From contig JAHISJ010000023.1 in the NCBI GenBank assembly GCA_018818205.1, positions 173,428-237,427 on the forward strand: a DNA stretch of 64,000 bases, read 5' to 3'. The stretch is from Patescibacteria group bacterium (GTDB taxonomy: Bacteria > Patescibacteriota > JABMPQ01 > JAHIRA01). The notes under the pieces were generated by a model that had not been told where the DNA came from, searched no databases, and saw only the letters and a list, made by a program, of their open reading frames with translations. Below, piece after piece: positions 1-9,519 of this stretch (positions within the stretch are counted from its first letter, which is position 1; each line of letters starts with the position of its first letter). The position numbers and the translations under genes were made by a program.

Positions 1-1
1 T

Positions 2-247
2 GGATCAAGTACGATTTCGGAGCTAACTGAGCTTAGAGAACTGGCCGGAGAAGATTTTGTTATCTATACACCTGGAGTAAAACTTGCTGCCGGCGGTGAT
101 GATTTAGGACAAAAATATTCTACGCCACAAGACGTCGTAGCAGCAGGAAGTGACGTGATTATTGTTGGAAGAGGTATCTATCAAGCTGAAGATCCCTTGG
201 TTGAGGCAGAAAAATATCGTGAGGCTGGCTGGGATGCAATAGAGTAG
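2..247 (+). CDS. pyrF: Orotidine-5'-phosphate decarboxylase, C-terminal fragment (5' end outside window)
   Basis: Manual translation of frame 2: ...[63 protein letters not shown]; TPG...GD.LGQ.Y and D.IIVGR are OMPDC motifs. Confidence 0.9.
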   Translation, partial: GSSTISELTELRELAGEDFVIYTPGVKLAAGGDDLGQKYSTPQDVVAAGSDVIIVGRGIYQAEDPLVEAEKYREAGWDAIE

Positions 248-358
248 TTGCATATTTCTACGAGATCGTATATACTACTGGTGTAAGCTAATATACACCA
301 AAACAAGACACACCGTAGAAAAAAACGATGTCGGTATAAAAAACTTCACTCGTACGTG

Positions 359-386
359 AAAGGCCCTAACTCTAGGGGCCTTTTTA
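359..386 (+). terminator. Probable intrinsic terminator downstream of pyrF
   Basis: aaaggcccta-actc-taggggcc-ttttt: GC stem with one bulge followed by a T run. Confidence 0.5.
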
Positions 387-599
387 AGTTGCAAAGGGTG
401 GTGAGCACCCTGTGCGATGCAACGGCGTTAGCCCTACTATTACTGCTTATTTTTGGGATATTTGAGCAGAATGTACATATCTTTGAGTTTTCTATACTAC
501 TTTCTGAATTTACAAAAAGAGTTAGCTTTTTTCTAATAAAACGACTATAATGGTTAGTAATATAATCAAATAGGATATGTTTTTAAGCATCACAAAAAG

Positions 600-1328
600 A
601 TGAACTCAATTTCAACACTGTACAAAAAAGCATTTAGCCTCTTTACAGAAGGCCTTGCCACGTTCTTTATTATCAGCCTTATAATGATGGCTGTACTGTT
701 TGCGGTCATTTTTGTTGGCATATTTATTGTAGTTTTTGCAGCAGTCCTTGTACCAATTCTTGCAGAGCTCACAAAAGAGGTAAGTTCTTCATTGTTTACC
801 ATTGTTCTTATTCTTGGAATTACTGTTGCGGTGCTGCTTGGTCTAGTTGTTATCGCTGTTAGCCTCATGGTTGGTGCACTTGGCCAAGGAGCCATGGTAC
901 TTGCAGCAGACGATGTACATAAAAAGAAAGAATTAAAAAAGGCATCAGAGTATTATAAACGTGTCTCTCTAAGAAAATGGGAACTATTTGGATTGACGGT
1001 GCTTCAAGGAATATGTGTGTCCGTTGGACTTCTTTTCTTCATCATCCCAGGACTTCTTCTTGCCGTGTTCTTCTTGTTTACGTACTACTCAATGCTTCTT
1101 AAAAAGATGTCGATACGTAATTCTATGGCAGATAGCTTTAGTATAGTACGAGACAATTTTTGGGGAGTCCTTGGACGATTTTTGCTGCTTATGCTTGCTC
1201 TCCAGTTCTTTGGTGCAGCAGTCGGCTGGATTCCTTTGGCCAATATTGCAGTATCAATTCTTGGATCAGCATTTGCGGTATCTTATTATTACATCATGTT
1301 TATTAGTGTCAGCAAAAAAACTACATAA
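600..1328 (+). CDS. Multi-pass membrane protein of unknown function
   Basis: 242-aa ORF with about 6 hydrophobic segments; FFIIPG...S..S..IV..NFW pattern seen in small bacterial membrane proteins. Confidence 0.7.
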   Translation: MNSISTLYKKAFSLFTEGLATFFIISLIMMAVLFAVIFVGIFIVVFAAVLVPILAELTKEVSSSLFTIVLILGITVAVLLGLVVIAVSLMVGALGQGAMVLAADDVHKKKELKKASEYYKRVSLRKWELFGLTVLQGICVSVGLLFFIIPGLLLAVFFLFTYYSMLLKKMSIRNSMADSFSIVRDNFWGVLGRFLLLMLALQFFGAAVGWIPLANIAVSILGSAFAVSYYYIMFISVSKKTT

Positions 1329-1346
1329 GCAGCTAACTTTTAGCGT

Positions 1347-1916
1347 ATGATTTTTTCAGATAGAGACATAAAAAAGTATTTAAAATCAGGGAGAATAACG
1401 GTTGATCCCTTAGTGAAAGAAGCTATTCAGCCAGCGTCGGTTGACTTAAGGCTTGATAGTGAGTTTATGATATTTAAGCATACTTCGCATGCATATATTG
1501 ATGTCGCAGAACCTGTTGATGAACTCATGAAGAAAATTAGTATTTCAGGTAGAGAGCCATTTGTACTTCACCCGGGAGAGTTTGCACTTGGTCTAACCTT
1601 TGAAACAGTTGGTGTTGATGATGAGACTGTAGCGAGGCTCGAGGGGAAGAGTTCTCTTGGAAGACTTGGAGTAATTGTTCACGCCACTGCGGGATTTATT
1701 GATCCGGGCAACTGTCTTAAAATTACTCTTGAACTTCATAACGTTGGAAACTTACCGGTAATTTTAAGATATAAGATGCCCATTGCTCAAGTCGCATTTC
1801 AGCCACTAAGCTCAAAAGCAGAGAGACCTTACGGATCCAAGAAGCTAAAGTCAAAGTACTATAAGTCAAAAGGTATCGTAATGAGCCAGATGCATAAGAA
1901 TTTCAAGAAGAAGTAA
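1347..1916 (+). CDS. dcd: dCTP deaminase
   Basis: IQPASVDLRL, LEGKSSLGRLG, AGFIDPG, ITLEL motifs. Confidence 0.95.
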   Translation: MIFSDRDIKKYLKSGRITVDPLVKEAIQPASVDLRLDSEFMIFKHTSHAYIDVAEPVDELMKKISISGREPFVLHPGEFALGLTFETVGVDDETVARLEGKSSLGRLGVIVHATAGFIDPGNCLKITLELHNVGNLPVILRYKMPIAQVAFQPLSSKAERPYGSKKLKSKYYKSKGIVMSQMHKNFKKK

Positions 1917-1966
1917 CGTAAAACAAAAACAAAAAATGTATTGAGTAAAAGACTTGTTCAAACCAG

Positions 1967-1994
1967 TTGATTTTTTATGTTTCGCAAGTATAAT
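1967..1994 (+). promoter_or_regulatory. Sigma70-like promoter, probably giving a leaderless transcript for the radical SAM gene
   Basis: TTGATT (1967)-16 nt-TATAAT (1989-1994), then 7 nt to ATG at 2002. Confidence 0.45.
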
Positions 1995-2001
1995 ACAGGT
2001 A

Positions 2002-3114
2002 ATGAATTATCACGAATGTACGACAAAGCAGGTACTCGAGGAGTATCCTCATATTGATGGCGGGTGGACGTGGGCTAAATATGCTGCTAAGCCATATATA
2101 GGTTGTGAACTTGCCTGTAATTATTGTTATGAATGGAAATGGTTAAAGTCAAAAGATAGTGAGGAGAAAAAACCTGAACCAGTTAAGATTCTTATAAATG
2201 CTCCTCAAGTGCTTACAAAGGAGTTGAAAGATAAGGAAAAGGACATAGTAGATATTGGAAGCTGGCAACCGGCCGAGAAAAAATACAGACTTTCTAGAGA
2301 GCTTTTGAAGGTTTGTGCGTCTAATCAGTTCCCTGTGTTTGTTCAGGAGAAGTCTGAGTTTGTACTCCAAGACCTTGATGTAATCGCTCACATTCAAAAA
2401 GAAACCGCAGCCACTGTTGCTTTCAGCATGGTTACCTCGTCTCTGTTTTCTGGATTTCGCCAGATAGGATTTTTTGAAGGTAATACTATGAACGTAGAAA
2501 AGAGACTCAGGGCGATGGAAATCTTCGCGTCAAAAGGAATAACCACTGGGACAATGCTTTTACCAATTATTCCATTTATTTTTGATAATGAAGAAAACAT
2601 TGAGGCAGTGTGTAGGGCAACACGAAACGCTGGAGGAAGTTTTATTGTTGCAAGCTTCTTAACGTTAGAGCATGAGCAAAAAGACCGTTTTTATAACATT
2701 CTAAGAAAAAACTTTCCTGACGTGCTCGATAATTACATCCATCTCTACGGAGACAAGATCAGTCCTAAGATTTCTTACATGGAAGAAACGTATAGCATGG
2801 TAAATGGGTATGCAAGTAAATATGGTCTTGCAACTCATATGCCCAGATATATTACTCCTGATAGTTTTGAATCAAATAAACGGGTTTCCGAGTATTTGTA
2901 TAACAGATCAGTCAGTCGTGCATATAAAAAACGAGGGAGGCAGCTTGCGATGGGATATAGGAAAGCAGCTCAAACTGTTGATGCACTGAGCTACGATATT
3001 TGTGATGTATTTGATACCATGGGAACCAAAGGGCTTCTTAAAATTCCAGGAATAAATGCAAAAATAGCAGAAAAGATACAAAAGATTTTAGTGAGTATAG
3101 AAAAACAGCAATGA
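2002..3114 (+). CDS. Radical SAM protein (spore photoproduct lyase/Rv2578c-like) with C-terminal helix-hairpin-helix domain
   Basis: PYIGCELACNYCY CxxxCxxC motif, wQPAEKKYRLSR; C-terminal YRKAAQTV...LLKIPGINAKIAEKI; ATG 2002 preferred over TTG 1954. Confidence 0.8.
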   Translation: MNYHECTTKQVLEEYPHIDGGWTWAKYAAKPYIGCELACNYCYEWKWLKSKDSEEKKPEPVKILINAPQVLTKELKDKEKDIVDIGSWQPAEKKYRLSRELLKVCASNQFPVFVQEKSEFVLQDLDVIAHIQKETAATVAFSMVTSSLFSGFRQIGFFEGNTMNVEKRLRAMEIFASKGITTGTMLLPIIPFIFDNEENIEAVCRATRNAGGSFIVASFLTLEHEQKDRFYNILRKNFPDVLDNYIHLYGDKISPKISYMEETYSMVNGYASKYGLATHMPRYITPDSFESNKRVSEYLYNRSVSRAYKKRGRQLAMGYRKAAQTVDALSYDICDVFDTMGTKGLLKIPGINAKIAEKIQKILVSIEKQQ

Positions 3115-4310
3115 TACTGGCACATGGGCCGGGAAGTTTTATCACCACCTATCTTACCCGAGGTTGGTGGGGGAAAAAGCTTTCACAAAAGAAAAAGTAT
3201 GTATTTTATTTGATAGGCGGCCTAATAGGAGTCGCAGTTGACCTTGATTTTTTGTACACGCAATTTTTAAGTGCAAAACTTTCACATCATGACTATATTA
3301 CCCATACTCCGCTTTTCTTTTTGATACTTTTTTTATTGATGACGCTTATAGGGTATGCGACAAAAAAAGAGGAAATCAGTGCGTTTGCTAAGGTTTTTTT
3401 GGTAAGTACGTTTACCCATCTTGTCCTTGACTCAGTGAATGGCGGAATCATGTGGCTGTATCCACTTTCAAAACAGCTCATTGGAATTCCATCTATTCCT
3501 TTTATTACTGATAGCTTTTTTACCAGAGATGCACTATTTATTCGCATATCTATTGAGATTGTCATTATTTGGTTTGCTTTTGTGCTTCTACTCACACTTT
3601 TTAAAGAGAAAACAAAGAAAAAATATTTACTGCCTCTTGCCATTCTATCTGCATTACTATGTTTGTTGTGTATAGGTGGACTGTATCTTCATACGCAAAA
3701 AACCTATAGAATCGGCGGAAATCAAGCACTCAACGATGATGATTTGGATAGCATTGCAAATAGAACTGATTTTGATATGGATGGAGATGGTATTGATAAT
3801 CTATTTGACGCTGATGCAAACAATAATGGAAATCTAAACAAAGATGACATGGTGTTTGCGTTGCCTTTTATGAAAGGTGTTCGGTATGACTTCACCAATG
3901 GACAGTATTATGAGATCACTAAGCGTGCTGGATACTTTAATAAAAAGGATGTCGTTGATAGAGCCCTTGGACATGCAGGTATTTTCTTAAGACATGAGAT
4001 GGTGAGAGATTTTGAAGATAATCCTAGCGGGTACATTGGAGATGCGAGTGATCCAGGGTTTACTGCGAATATACAAAATATTTACGTCTTTTTTGAGCAT
4101 GCGGGACTTCTGGTTGATGATGCGTATAAACCGGGTGACATTCTGTTCTTTGGTGAAGGGTTTACAAGCACTGGTGTGGTTTATTCTGCGGAGGGGAGCT
4201 CAGTTATTGTGATGTATCTAGATGATAAACGTGACGGTGGATTCTATGAGCTAAGTGATATTCTTGAGTGGAATGGAAACGTATCTGGGCATGCGCGGGT
4301 ACCTATGTAA
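3111..4310 (+). CDS. Membrane metal-dependent hydrolase (YdjM-like) fused to DxDxDG repeats and a DUF1287-like C-terminal domain
   Basis: H..., VDLD, HH..THT, HLVLD..G..WLYP motifs; DDDLDSIANRTDFDMDGDGIDNLFDADANNNG; DVVDRAL...YKPGDILFF. Confidence 0.65.
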   Translation: MILAHGPGSFITTYLTRGWWGKKLSQKKKYVFYLIGGLIGVAVDLDFLYTQFLSAKLSHHDYITHTPLFFLILFLLMTLIGYATKKEEISAFAKVFLVSTFTHLVLDSVNGGIMWLYPLSKQLIGIPSIPFITDSFFTRDALFIRISIEIVIIWFAFVLLLTLFKEKTKKKYLLPLAILSALLCLLCIGGLYLHTQKTYRIGGNQALNDDDLDSIANRTDFDMDGDGIDNLFDADANNNGNLNKDDMVFALPFMKGVRYDFTNGQYYEITKRAGYFNKKDVVDRALGHAGIFLRHEMVRDFEDNPSGYIGDASDPGFTANIQNIYVFFEHAGLLVDDAYKPGDILFFGEGFTSTGVVYSAEGSSVIVMYLDDKRDGGFYELSDILEWNGNVSGHARVPM

Positions 4311-4321
4311 GCTCATGGATC

Positions 4322-4400
4322 TGTCATCCCGGATCCCTTGCTTACACGATGAGCCACGAGATCTCGGATATCCACCAAAGAAGCGTATTCTGGAATGACA
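4322..4400. repeat. Intergenic palindromic element (GTCAT(C/T)CC...GGAATGAC type)
   Basis: Terminal inverted repeats tgtcatcccgga ... tctggaatgaca (pair allowing G-U) around ~55 nt. Confidence 0.5.
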
Positions 4401-4463
4401 TTTGTCCTAAGTATACAAATCTCCATTTTCTTGCTATACTACTTGTAGTAACATGTGTATATT

Positions 4464-5538
4464 ATGAAAGAAAAGCTTACAGCGTTAGAACAAGATATCA
4501 AAACTGTAACGCACTATCTTTGACCTCAGTAAAAAGAAAGAGGAGATTTTGGCGTTAGACGAAAAATCATTCAAAGAGACGTTTTGGGATGATCCAAATA
4601 GTGCAAAAGAAATACTAAGAAAGGCAGAAGAGCTAAAGCAGATCGTGGCGTTTTGGGATAACTTACAAAGAGAAGTACATGATTTAGTTGAGCTTGAAAG
4701 TTCCGATGATGCAAAGGAACTGCAAAGTGAAATAGAAGAGCACTATACCGTTCTCAAAAAAAGTTTCTCAAAAAATCGTATTCAAGCTCTCATGCAAGGC
4801 ACATATGATGATAGAGATGCATTGCTCTCTATACAAGCAGGAACAGGAGGTGTGGATGCTCAGGATTTTGCCGAAATGCTCGAGAGAATGTATCTGAGGT
4901 TTTTTGAAAAAAGGGGGTTTAAAGTTCAGATTATCGAGAGAAATGTAGGGTCAGAGGCAGGTATTAAAAAAGTGGTTATGAGTGTGAAAGGGCTTTATGC
5001 GTATGGCTATTTAAAGGTTGAAGGCGGGGTACACAGGCTTGTTAGACAGTCTCCGTTTAATGCGGACCATCTCAGACAAACGTCCTTTGCACTAGTGGAA
5101 GTTATTCCAGAAATTGCAGAAACTAAAGAGATAGAAGTAACTGATGATGAGCTTAGAATAGACACATTTAGAGCGCAGGGTCATGGCGGTCAAGGCGTAA
5201 ATACAACCGATTCTGCGGTACGGATTACACATATTCCAACCAACATCGTAGTGACGTGTCAAAACGAGCGTTCGCAACTCCAAAACAAGCAAACGGCCAT
5301 GAATGTCATGAAATCACGCATACTCGAACACAAGAGAAGAGAAGAGAAGAAAAGAAGAGAGCAGATAAAAGGAGAGTCAAAGGATGTCACTTTTGGGAAT
5401 CAGATACGATCCTACGTGTTGCATCCCTATAAACTCGTCAAGGATCATCGGACTAAGTATGAAGAAAAGAACGTAGTAGCAGTTCTGGATGGTGGAATAG
5501 ATGGATTTATTAAATCAAACTTGGAAGCAAAAAAATAG
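4464..5538 (+). CDS. prfB: Peptide chain release factor 2 with programmed +1 frameshift at CTT TGA C (4518-4524)
   Basis: ATG 4464 opens MKEKLTALEQDIKTVTHYL then TGA; the +1 frame (GAC at 4522) is in frame with ORF 4549-5538 carrying SPF and GGQ motifs. Confidence 0.95.
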
Positions 5539-6231
5539 ATGCCAGAGTCAATAATTAGGCTTAGAGACATTTCTAAAGTATACGAAGAAGACATCGCAGC
5601 ACTCTGCGATGTGAGTTTAGATGTGATGGAAAAAGACTTTGTGTCTATTGTGGGCAGAAGCGGATCAGGAAAAACAACGCTCATTAAGCTTTTAATCGGT
5701 GAAGAAAAGCCAACTGCAGGTGAAATCGTGATAAACGGTTGGGATTTATGTAACATTAAGTCACGAAAAATTCCTTACTTTAGGCGAGAAATCGGTGTTG
5801 TATTCCAAGATTTTAAACTACTCCAACAGAAAACCGTTGCAGAGAATATTGCTTTTGCGCTTATTGTACTTGGAACTCCAAGACAAGAAATTCATAAACG
5901 AGTGCCCGGAGTGCTTAGTCTTGTAGGCCTTTCAGGGAAGGGAACTCGGTTCCCAAATGAACTCTCCGGTGGTGAGCAGCAACGTGTTGCTATCGCACGA
6001 GCGTTTGTACACGAGCCAAAACTGTTATTAGCCGATGAGCTTACAGGGGACTTAGACGCCATTTACGCGTGGGAAATTATGGAGATACTTCTTAAAATTA
6101 ATAAGATGGGAACGACGGTACTTATTGCAACACACGACAAATCGATTGTTAATAGACTACAAAAACGAGTGGTTACTCTAGAAGACGGCACAATTATTAG
6201 AGACCATAAAAAGGGAAGGTACGTAATATAA
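5539..6231 (+). CDS. ftsE: Cell division ABC ATPase FtsE
   Basis: GRSGSGKTT Walker [19 protein letters not shown] signature; directly upstream of ftsX. Confidence 0.92.
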   Translation: MPESIIRLRDISKVYEEDIAALCDVSLDVMEKDFVSIVGRSGSGKTTLIKLLIGEEKPTAGEIVINGWDLCNIKSRKIPYFRREIGVVFQDFKLLQQKTVAENIAFALIVLGTPRQEIHKRVPGVLSLVGLSGKGTRFPNELSGGEQQRVAIARAFVHEPKLLLADELTGDLDAIYAWEIMEILLKINKMGTTVLIATHDKSIVNRLQKRVVTLEDGTIIRDHKKGRYVI

Positions 6232-7145
6232 TGCTGTGGCTTTCAGCAATTCGTGTGCTTAAAATGGGCCTAAAGAATTTCTGGCGAAACTTTTGGATTT
6301 CTTTTGCAACTACAGGAATTATGGCCTTAACTATTTTTTCTGTCGTAGTGCTTATTATTTTAAATTTTATTGGCGACTCAGCACTGAGGTCTCTTGAGCA
6401 AAAAATTGATGTAAGTGTTTATTTTAAATCTGATGTAAGCAATGAGCAAGTACAGCCAATAAGAGAACATTTAGACACAATTCCTGAAGTAAAAGAAACA
6501 AGGTACGTTACCAAGAAAGAAGCGCTTGAGGAGTTCCAGCGTAAACATAGTGATAATCCACTGATTATTGCGTCACTTTCTGAGCTTGAAGAAAATCCGC
6601 TGCAACCAACGCTCGTTATTAAGGCACGGAGTCCAGAGGATTTCTCGGCAATTTCTTCAGTACTTAAAGACGATCAGTATGAGGGGATCATCGAGAAGTT
6701 CAATTATGAAGACAATCAGATAATTATTGAAAAACTCAATCAAACTATTGCGTTAATTGAAAAAATTGGCATAGGTGTCAGTATTACGTTTGCGATTATT
6801 TCAGTGCTTGTTATGTTTAATACTATCCGACTAACCATATACACTCAAAAGGACGAGATTGGTGTCATGAGACTGGTAGGAGCAAGTAATACCTTTATTA
6901 CTGCACCATATATTATTGAGGGTGTTTTGTACGGATTTTTTGCAACAATATTTAGTACGGTTACTCTCTATATTCTTGTTAAGTACTTGGCGCCGGCGAT
7001 TAATACTTTCCTAGAGCACCAAGTCGATGTGTATGCATTTTTTATGGATCACTTGTTTCTTATAGTAATTGGCGAACTTGTTTTTGGTGCAGCACTTGGC
7101 ATTGCGAGTTCGATGATTGCGATAAGGAAGTATTTGAAGATTTAG
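6231..7145 (+). CDS. ftsX: Cell division permease FtsX
   Basis: NTIRLTIY..EI.VMRLVGAS.FI..P...EG motif; 4 TM with a large extracellular loop. Confidence 0.92.
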   Translation: MLWLSAIRVLKMGLKNFWRNFWISFATTGIMALTIFSVVVLIILNFIGDSALRSLEQKIDVSVYFKSDVSNEQVQPIREHLDTIPEVKETRYVTKKEALEEFQRKHSDNPLIIASLSELEENPLQPTLVIKARSPEDFSAISSVLKDDQYEGIIEKFNYEDNQIIIEKLNQTIALIEKIGIGVSITFAIISVLVMFNTIRLTIYTQKDEIGVMRLVGASNTFITAPYIIEGVLYGFFATIFSTVTLYILVKYLAPAINTFLEHQVDVYAFFMDHLFLIVIGELVFGAALGIASSMIAIRKYLKI

Positions 7146-7147
7146 AA

Positions 7148-7220
7148 TTGACTTATAGATAGAACAATGATAGTCTCAAAGGCTGTTTTTTGTTCTCTTT
7201 TTTCTCTAGTTTGCAGGAGG
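7148..7220 (+). promoter_or_regulatory. Promoter (-35/extended -10) and strong Shine-Dalgarno for an orphan ORF
   Basis: TTGACT (7148)-17 nt-TAGTCT (7171) preceded by TGn; AGGAGG at 7215-7220. Confidence 0.55.
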
Positions 7221-7222
7221 AA

Positions 7223-7744
7223 ATGATGCAAACATGGCGTGATGCCGAAGAACTTATTGTTGTCCATGCGGACATTATCCCTATTAGTGAAGAATTAGAA
7301 AAGCTTGTTGAGCTTATGAGTGGAGATGATTTTCATGACCGCATGTGCGGACTTGAAGGACATCCACTTAATTATAGTGGCTATTTGCAAATTGCTAATA
7401 ACGAATTTTTTGTTTCTGTGTGGAATCCGCATATTCACCCTAGAGATCGTGCATCACTTAAACTTCACCCCAAAGGAGCTTCGTTAAATGACCTTATGCG
7501 ACCCGATCTTGAAAAGAATGGCTATACACTGTCATTCTTCACTTTTGTCTTTGTTGACAGGGTTATGTGTATTGTTGGATATTGCAAAGAGGGTCCCTGG
7601 GAACACATTCCCACAGGTCAAGTTGAATTTGACCCACGGATTTCAGTTGGTATGTCAAAGCAAGAACACTTGCAGAAAACATTTGAAATCCTTTCGTTTC
7701 AGGGGAAAACATTTCCTTGGAGCCTTACTTACTCTCGTAGGTAA
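7223..7744 (+). CDS. Hypothetical protein (start ATG 7223 or 7226)
   Basis: Open frame with its own promoter, AGGAGG SD and downstream terminator; no recognised domain. Confidence 0.6.
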   Translation: MMQTWRDAEELIVVHADIIPISEELEKLVELMSGDDFHDRMCGLEGHPLNYSGYLQIANNEFFVSVWNPHIHPRDRASLKLHPKGASLNDLMRPDLEKNGYTLSFFTFVFVDRVMCIVGYCKEGPWEHIPTGQVEFDPRISVGMSKQEHLQKTFEILSFQGKTFPWSLTYSRR

Positions 7745-7770
7745 ACAGATTTTTTTATGAAAATTATTAC

Positions 7771-7803
7771 AGCCCAATAAGCACGTTGCTTGTGGGCTTT
7801 TTT
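7771..7803 (+). terminator. Intrinsic terminator
   Basis: agcccaataagca-cgt-tgcttgtgggct followed by a T run. Confidence 0.65.
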
Positions 7804-7853
7804 GTTTGTATTGAAAATAATTTTGAATATGATATTATAATCACCACTACTGT

Positions 7854-7927
7854 TCGGGACTCGTCTAACGGTAGGACGCAAGATTCTGGCTCTTGTAATC
7901 GGGGTTCGATTCCCTGGTCCCGAACCA
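7854..7927 (+). tRNA. tRNA-Gln (anticodon CUG), CCA encoded
   Basis: Acceptor TCGGGAC/GTCCCGA, anticodon arm CAAGA-TTCTGGC-TCTTG, T arm CGGGG-TTCGATT-CCCTG, 3' ACCA; U1-A72 pair typical of tRNA-Gln. Confidence 0.95.
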
Positions 7928-8136
7928 TGCTATTCTATTCAAAAAATAAGTCGATAAACAGGCATTGTGCTTGTTTTTTTCTACAAAAAAATACAGAATG
8001 TCGTAGACGTCTGGAATGAATAGAGTGATTGCTCAAACTGAATGTACAAAAAAAGATCGAGGCGTAGTATCAATTTATTTTTGCATTTATTGTTGATTTA
8101 ACTCACAATACATATATAAATAATAACTATATACAG

Positions 8137-8955
8137 ATGTACGTTATTCAAAACGGTAAACTCATCCAAAAAGAAGAAGCGTCAATCCCACTATATTCCA
8201 AGGCAAATTTCTTTGATTTTGCAGTGTATGACTCAATAAAGGTGGTGCAAGGAAAACCTTTTTTCCCTGAATTTCATGTAGATAGGCTTTTGGAATCTGC
8301 ACGTATTATTGATCTTGAACATCCATTCACAAAAAAAGAAATTGCAATATGGATACAGTTACTGATTGATAAAAATAAACTCAAGGATTCACTCATTCGG
8401 TTTTTGTTAATTGGAGCAGGGGATGAGCAAGAAGAGCCCACTCTTTTTATGTTTCCCGTTGGACTAACGTTTTATGATAGAAAATGGTATAAAAAAGGTG
8501 TAAAAGTCATTACGTATCATGGGGAAAGAATCGTACCGGACTCAAAAGCAAAGGATCTTCTTCTAAACTTTATTGCTTTAAGAGAAGCAAAGAAAAATGA
8601 TGCTATAGAAGCGTTACTTATAGATACGGATGGAAACATACGAGAGGGGACCAGGTCAAACTTTTTTGCAGTAAAGGGTAGCGTTCTTTATACCCCGCCG
8701 CTCACCGATGTACTAGAGGGGGTTACCCGAAAAATAGTAGTAGATAGTGCCAAAAAAGAAACTATTGAAGTGAAAGAAGAAAAAATACCATACGAGAAAC
8801 TAGATGAATTTGATGAATTTTTTGTCACGAGTACCAGTATGAACATTATGCCTATTGTAGAGATTGATGATAGAATCGTTGCCAGTGAGGTAGGACCAAT
8901 AACAAAAAGTCTTATTAAGTCGTTCAAGGAGTTCTGTAAATCTGAAGGAGGGTAG
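8137..8955 (+). CDS. Class IV PLP aminotransferase (IlvE/Dat/PabC family)
   Basis: EGTRSNFF, VLEGVTRK, DEFFVTST..IMPIVEID motifs. Confidence 0.9.
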   Translation: MYVIQNGKLIQKEEASIPLYSKANFFDFAVYDSIKVVQGKPFFPEFHVDRLLESARIIDLEHPFTKKEIAIWIQLLIDKNKLKDSLIRFLLIGAGDEQEEPTLFMFPVGLTFYDRKWYKKGVKVITYHGERIVPDSKAKDLLLNFIALREAKKNDAIEALLIDTDGNIREGTRSNFFAVKGSVLYTPPLTDVLEGVTRKIVVDSAKKETIEVKEEKIPYEKLDEFDEFFVTSTSMNIMPIVEIDDRIVASEVGPITKSLIKSFKEFCKSEGG

Positions 8956-9005
8956 TCCTTTTTCTATCAAAGTTCATATGGTATACTTTAGGTACAAATA
9001 TACAT

Positions 9006-9392
9006 ATGAACTCAGAAATACAGAAAGAATCAAGAAAAATCGAGTGGCGACAAATGATGATAGCGCAGTATGGAACTTTTGGTACTGTCGCTGGTGTTAT
9101 GATTGCCGCGCTGACGATTTATGCAAGCCTTGAAACAAAAAAAGACAAAGTATTAATTGGTAGTTTTTACCTCGAAGACTTACTTTTTATTGTATCGCTT
9201 GGATGTCTTGTAGTTTCGATTATTTTGATCCTTATGCTGATCAATCGTGAACGAGATTTGGCTTGGGGAACAAAGGATGCCAAACTCGAGGAGTTCAAAA
9301 AGAAGGAACCAAGATATCGTACATGGCTTATAGGTCTTATGTCTTTTGGGTTAATTACAATCTTTTTTCTGCTTACTGTTCATGTTTTATAA
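9006..9392 (+). CDS. Small 3-TM hypothetical membrane protein
   Basis: 128-aa ORF, three hydrophobic stretches; extended -10 TGgTATACT at 8979-8987. Confidence 0.6.
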   Translation: MNSEIQKESRKIEWRQMMIAQYGTFGTVAGVMIAALTIYASLETKKDKVLIGSFYLEDLLFIVSLGCLVVSIILILMLINRERDLAWGTKDAKLEEFKKKEPRYRTWLIGLMSFGLITIFFLLTVHVL

Positions 9393-9519
9393 TGTATGAA
9401 ACTAGTCTTTTCTACGCTAGGTTTGTAACCAGAAAGTACAGCACTTGATGTGAATGAGGCTGTGAAAAAACATATTATTGTGAAGCTCAATACATAGATA
9501 CTTATACAAGGGAATAGGC

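Noticed and set aside
356-550. 64-aa ORF after pyrF
   Set aside because: Begins inside a terminator-like hairpin, no recognisable features; unsupported.
4549-5538. prfB as a truncated gene or pseudogene
   Set aside because: The upstream frame ends in CTT TGA C and joins by +1, the standard programmed frameshift.
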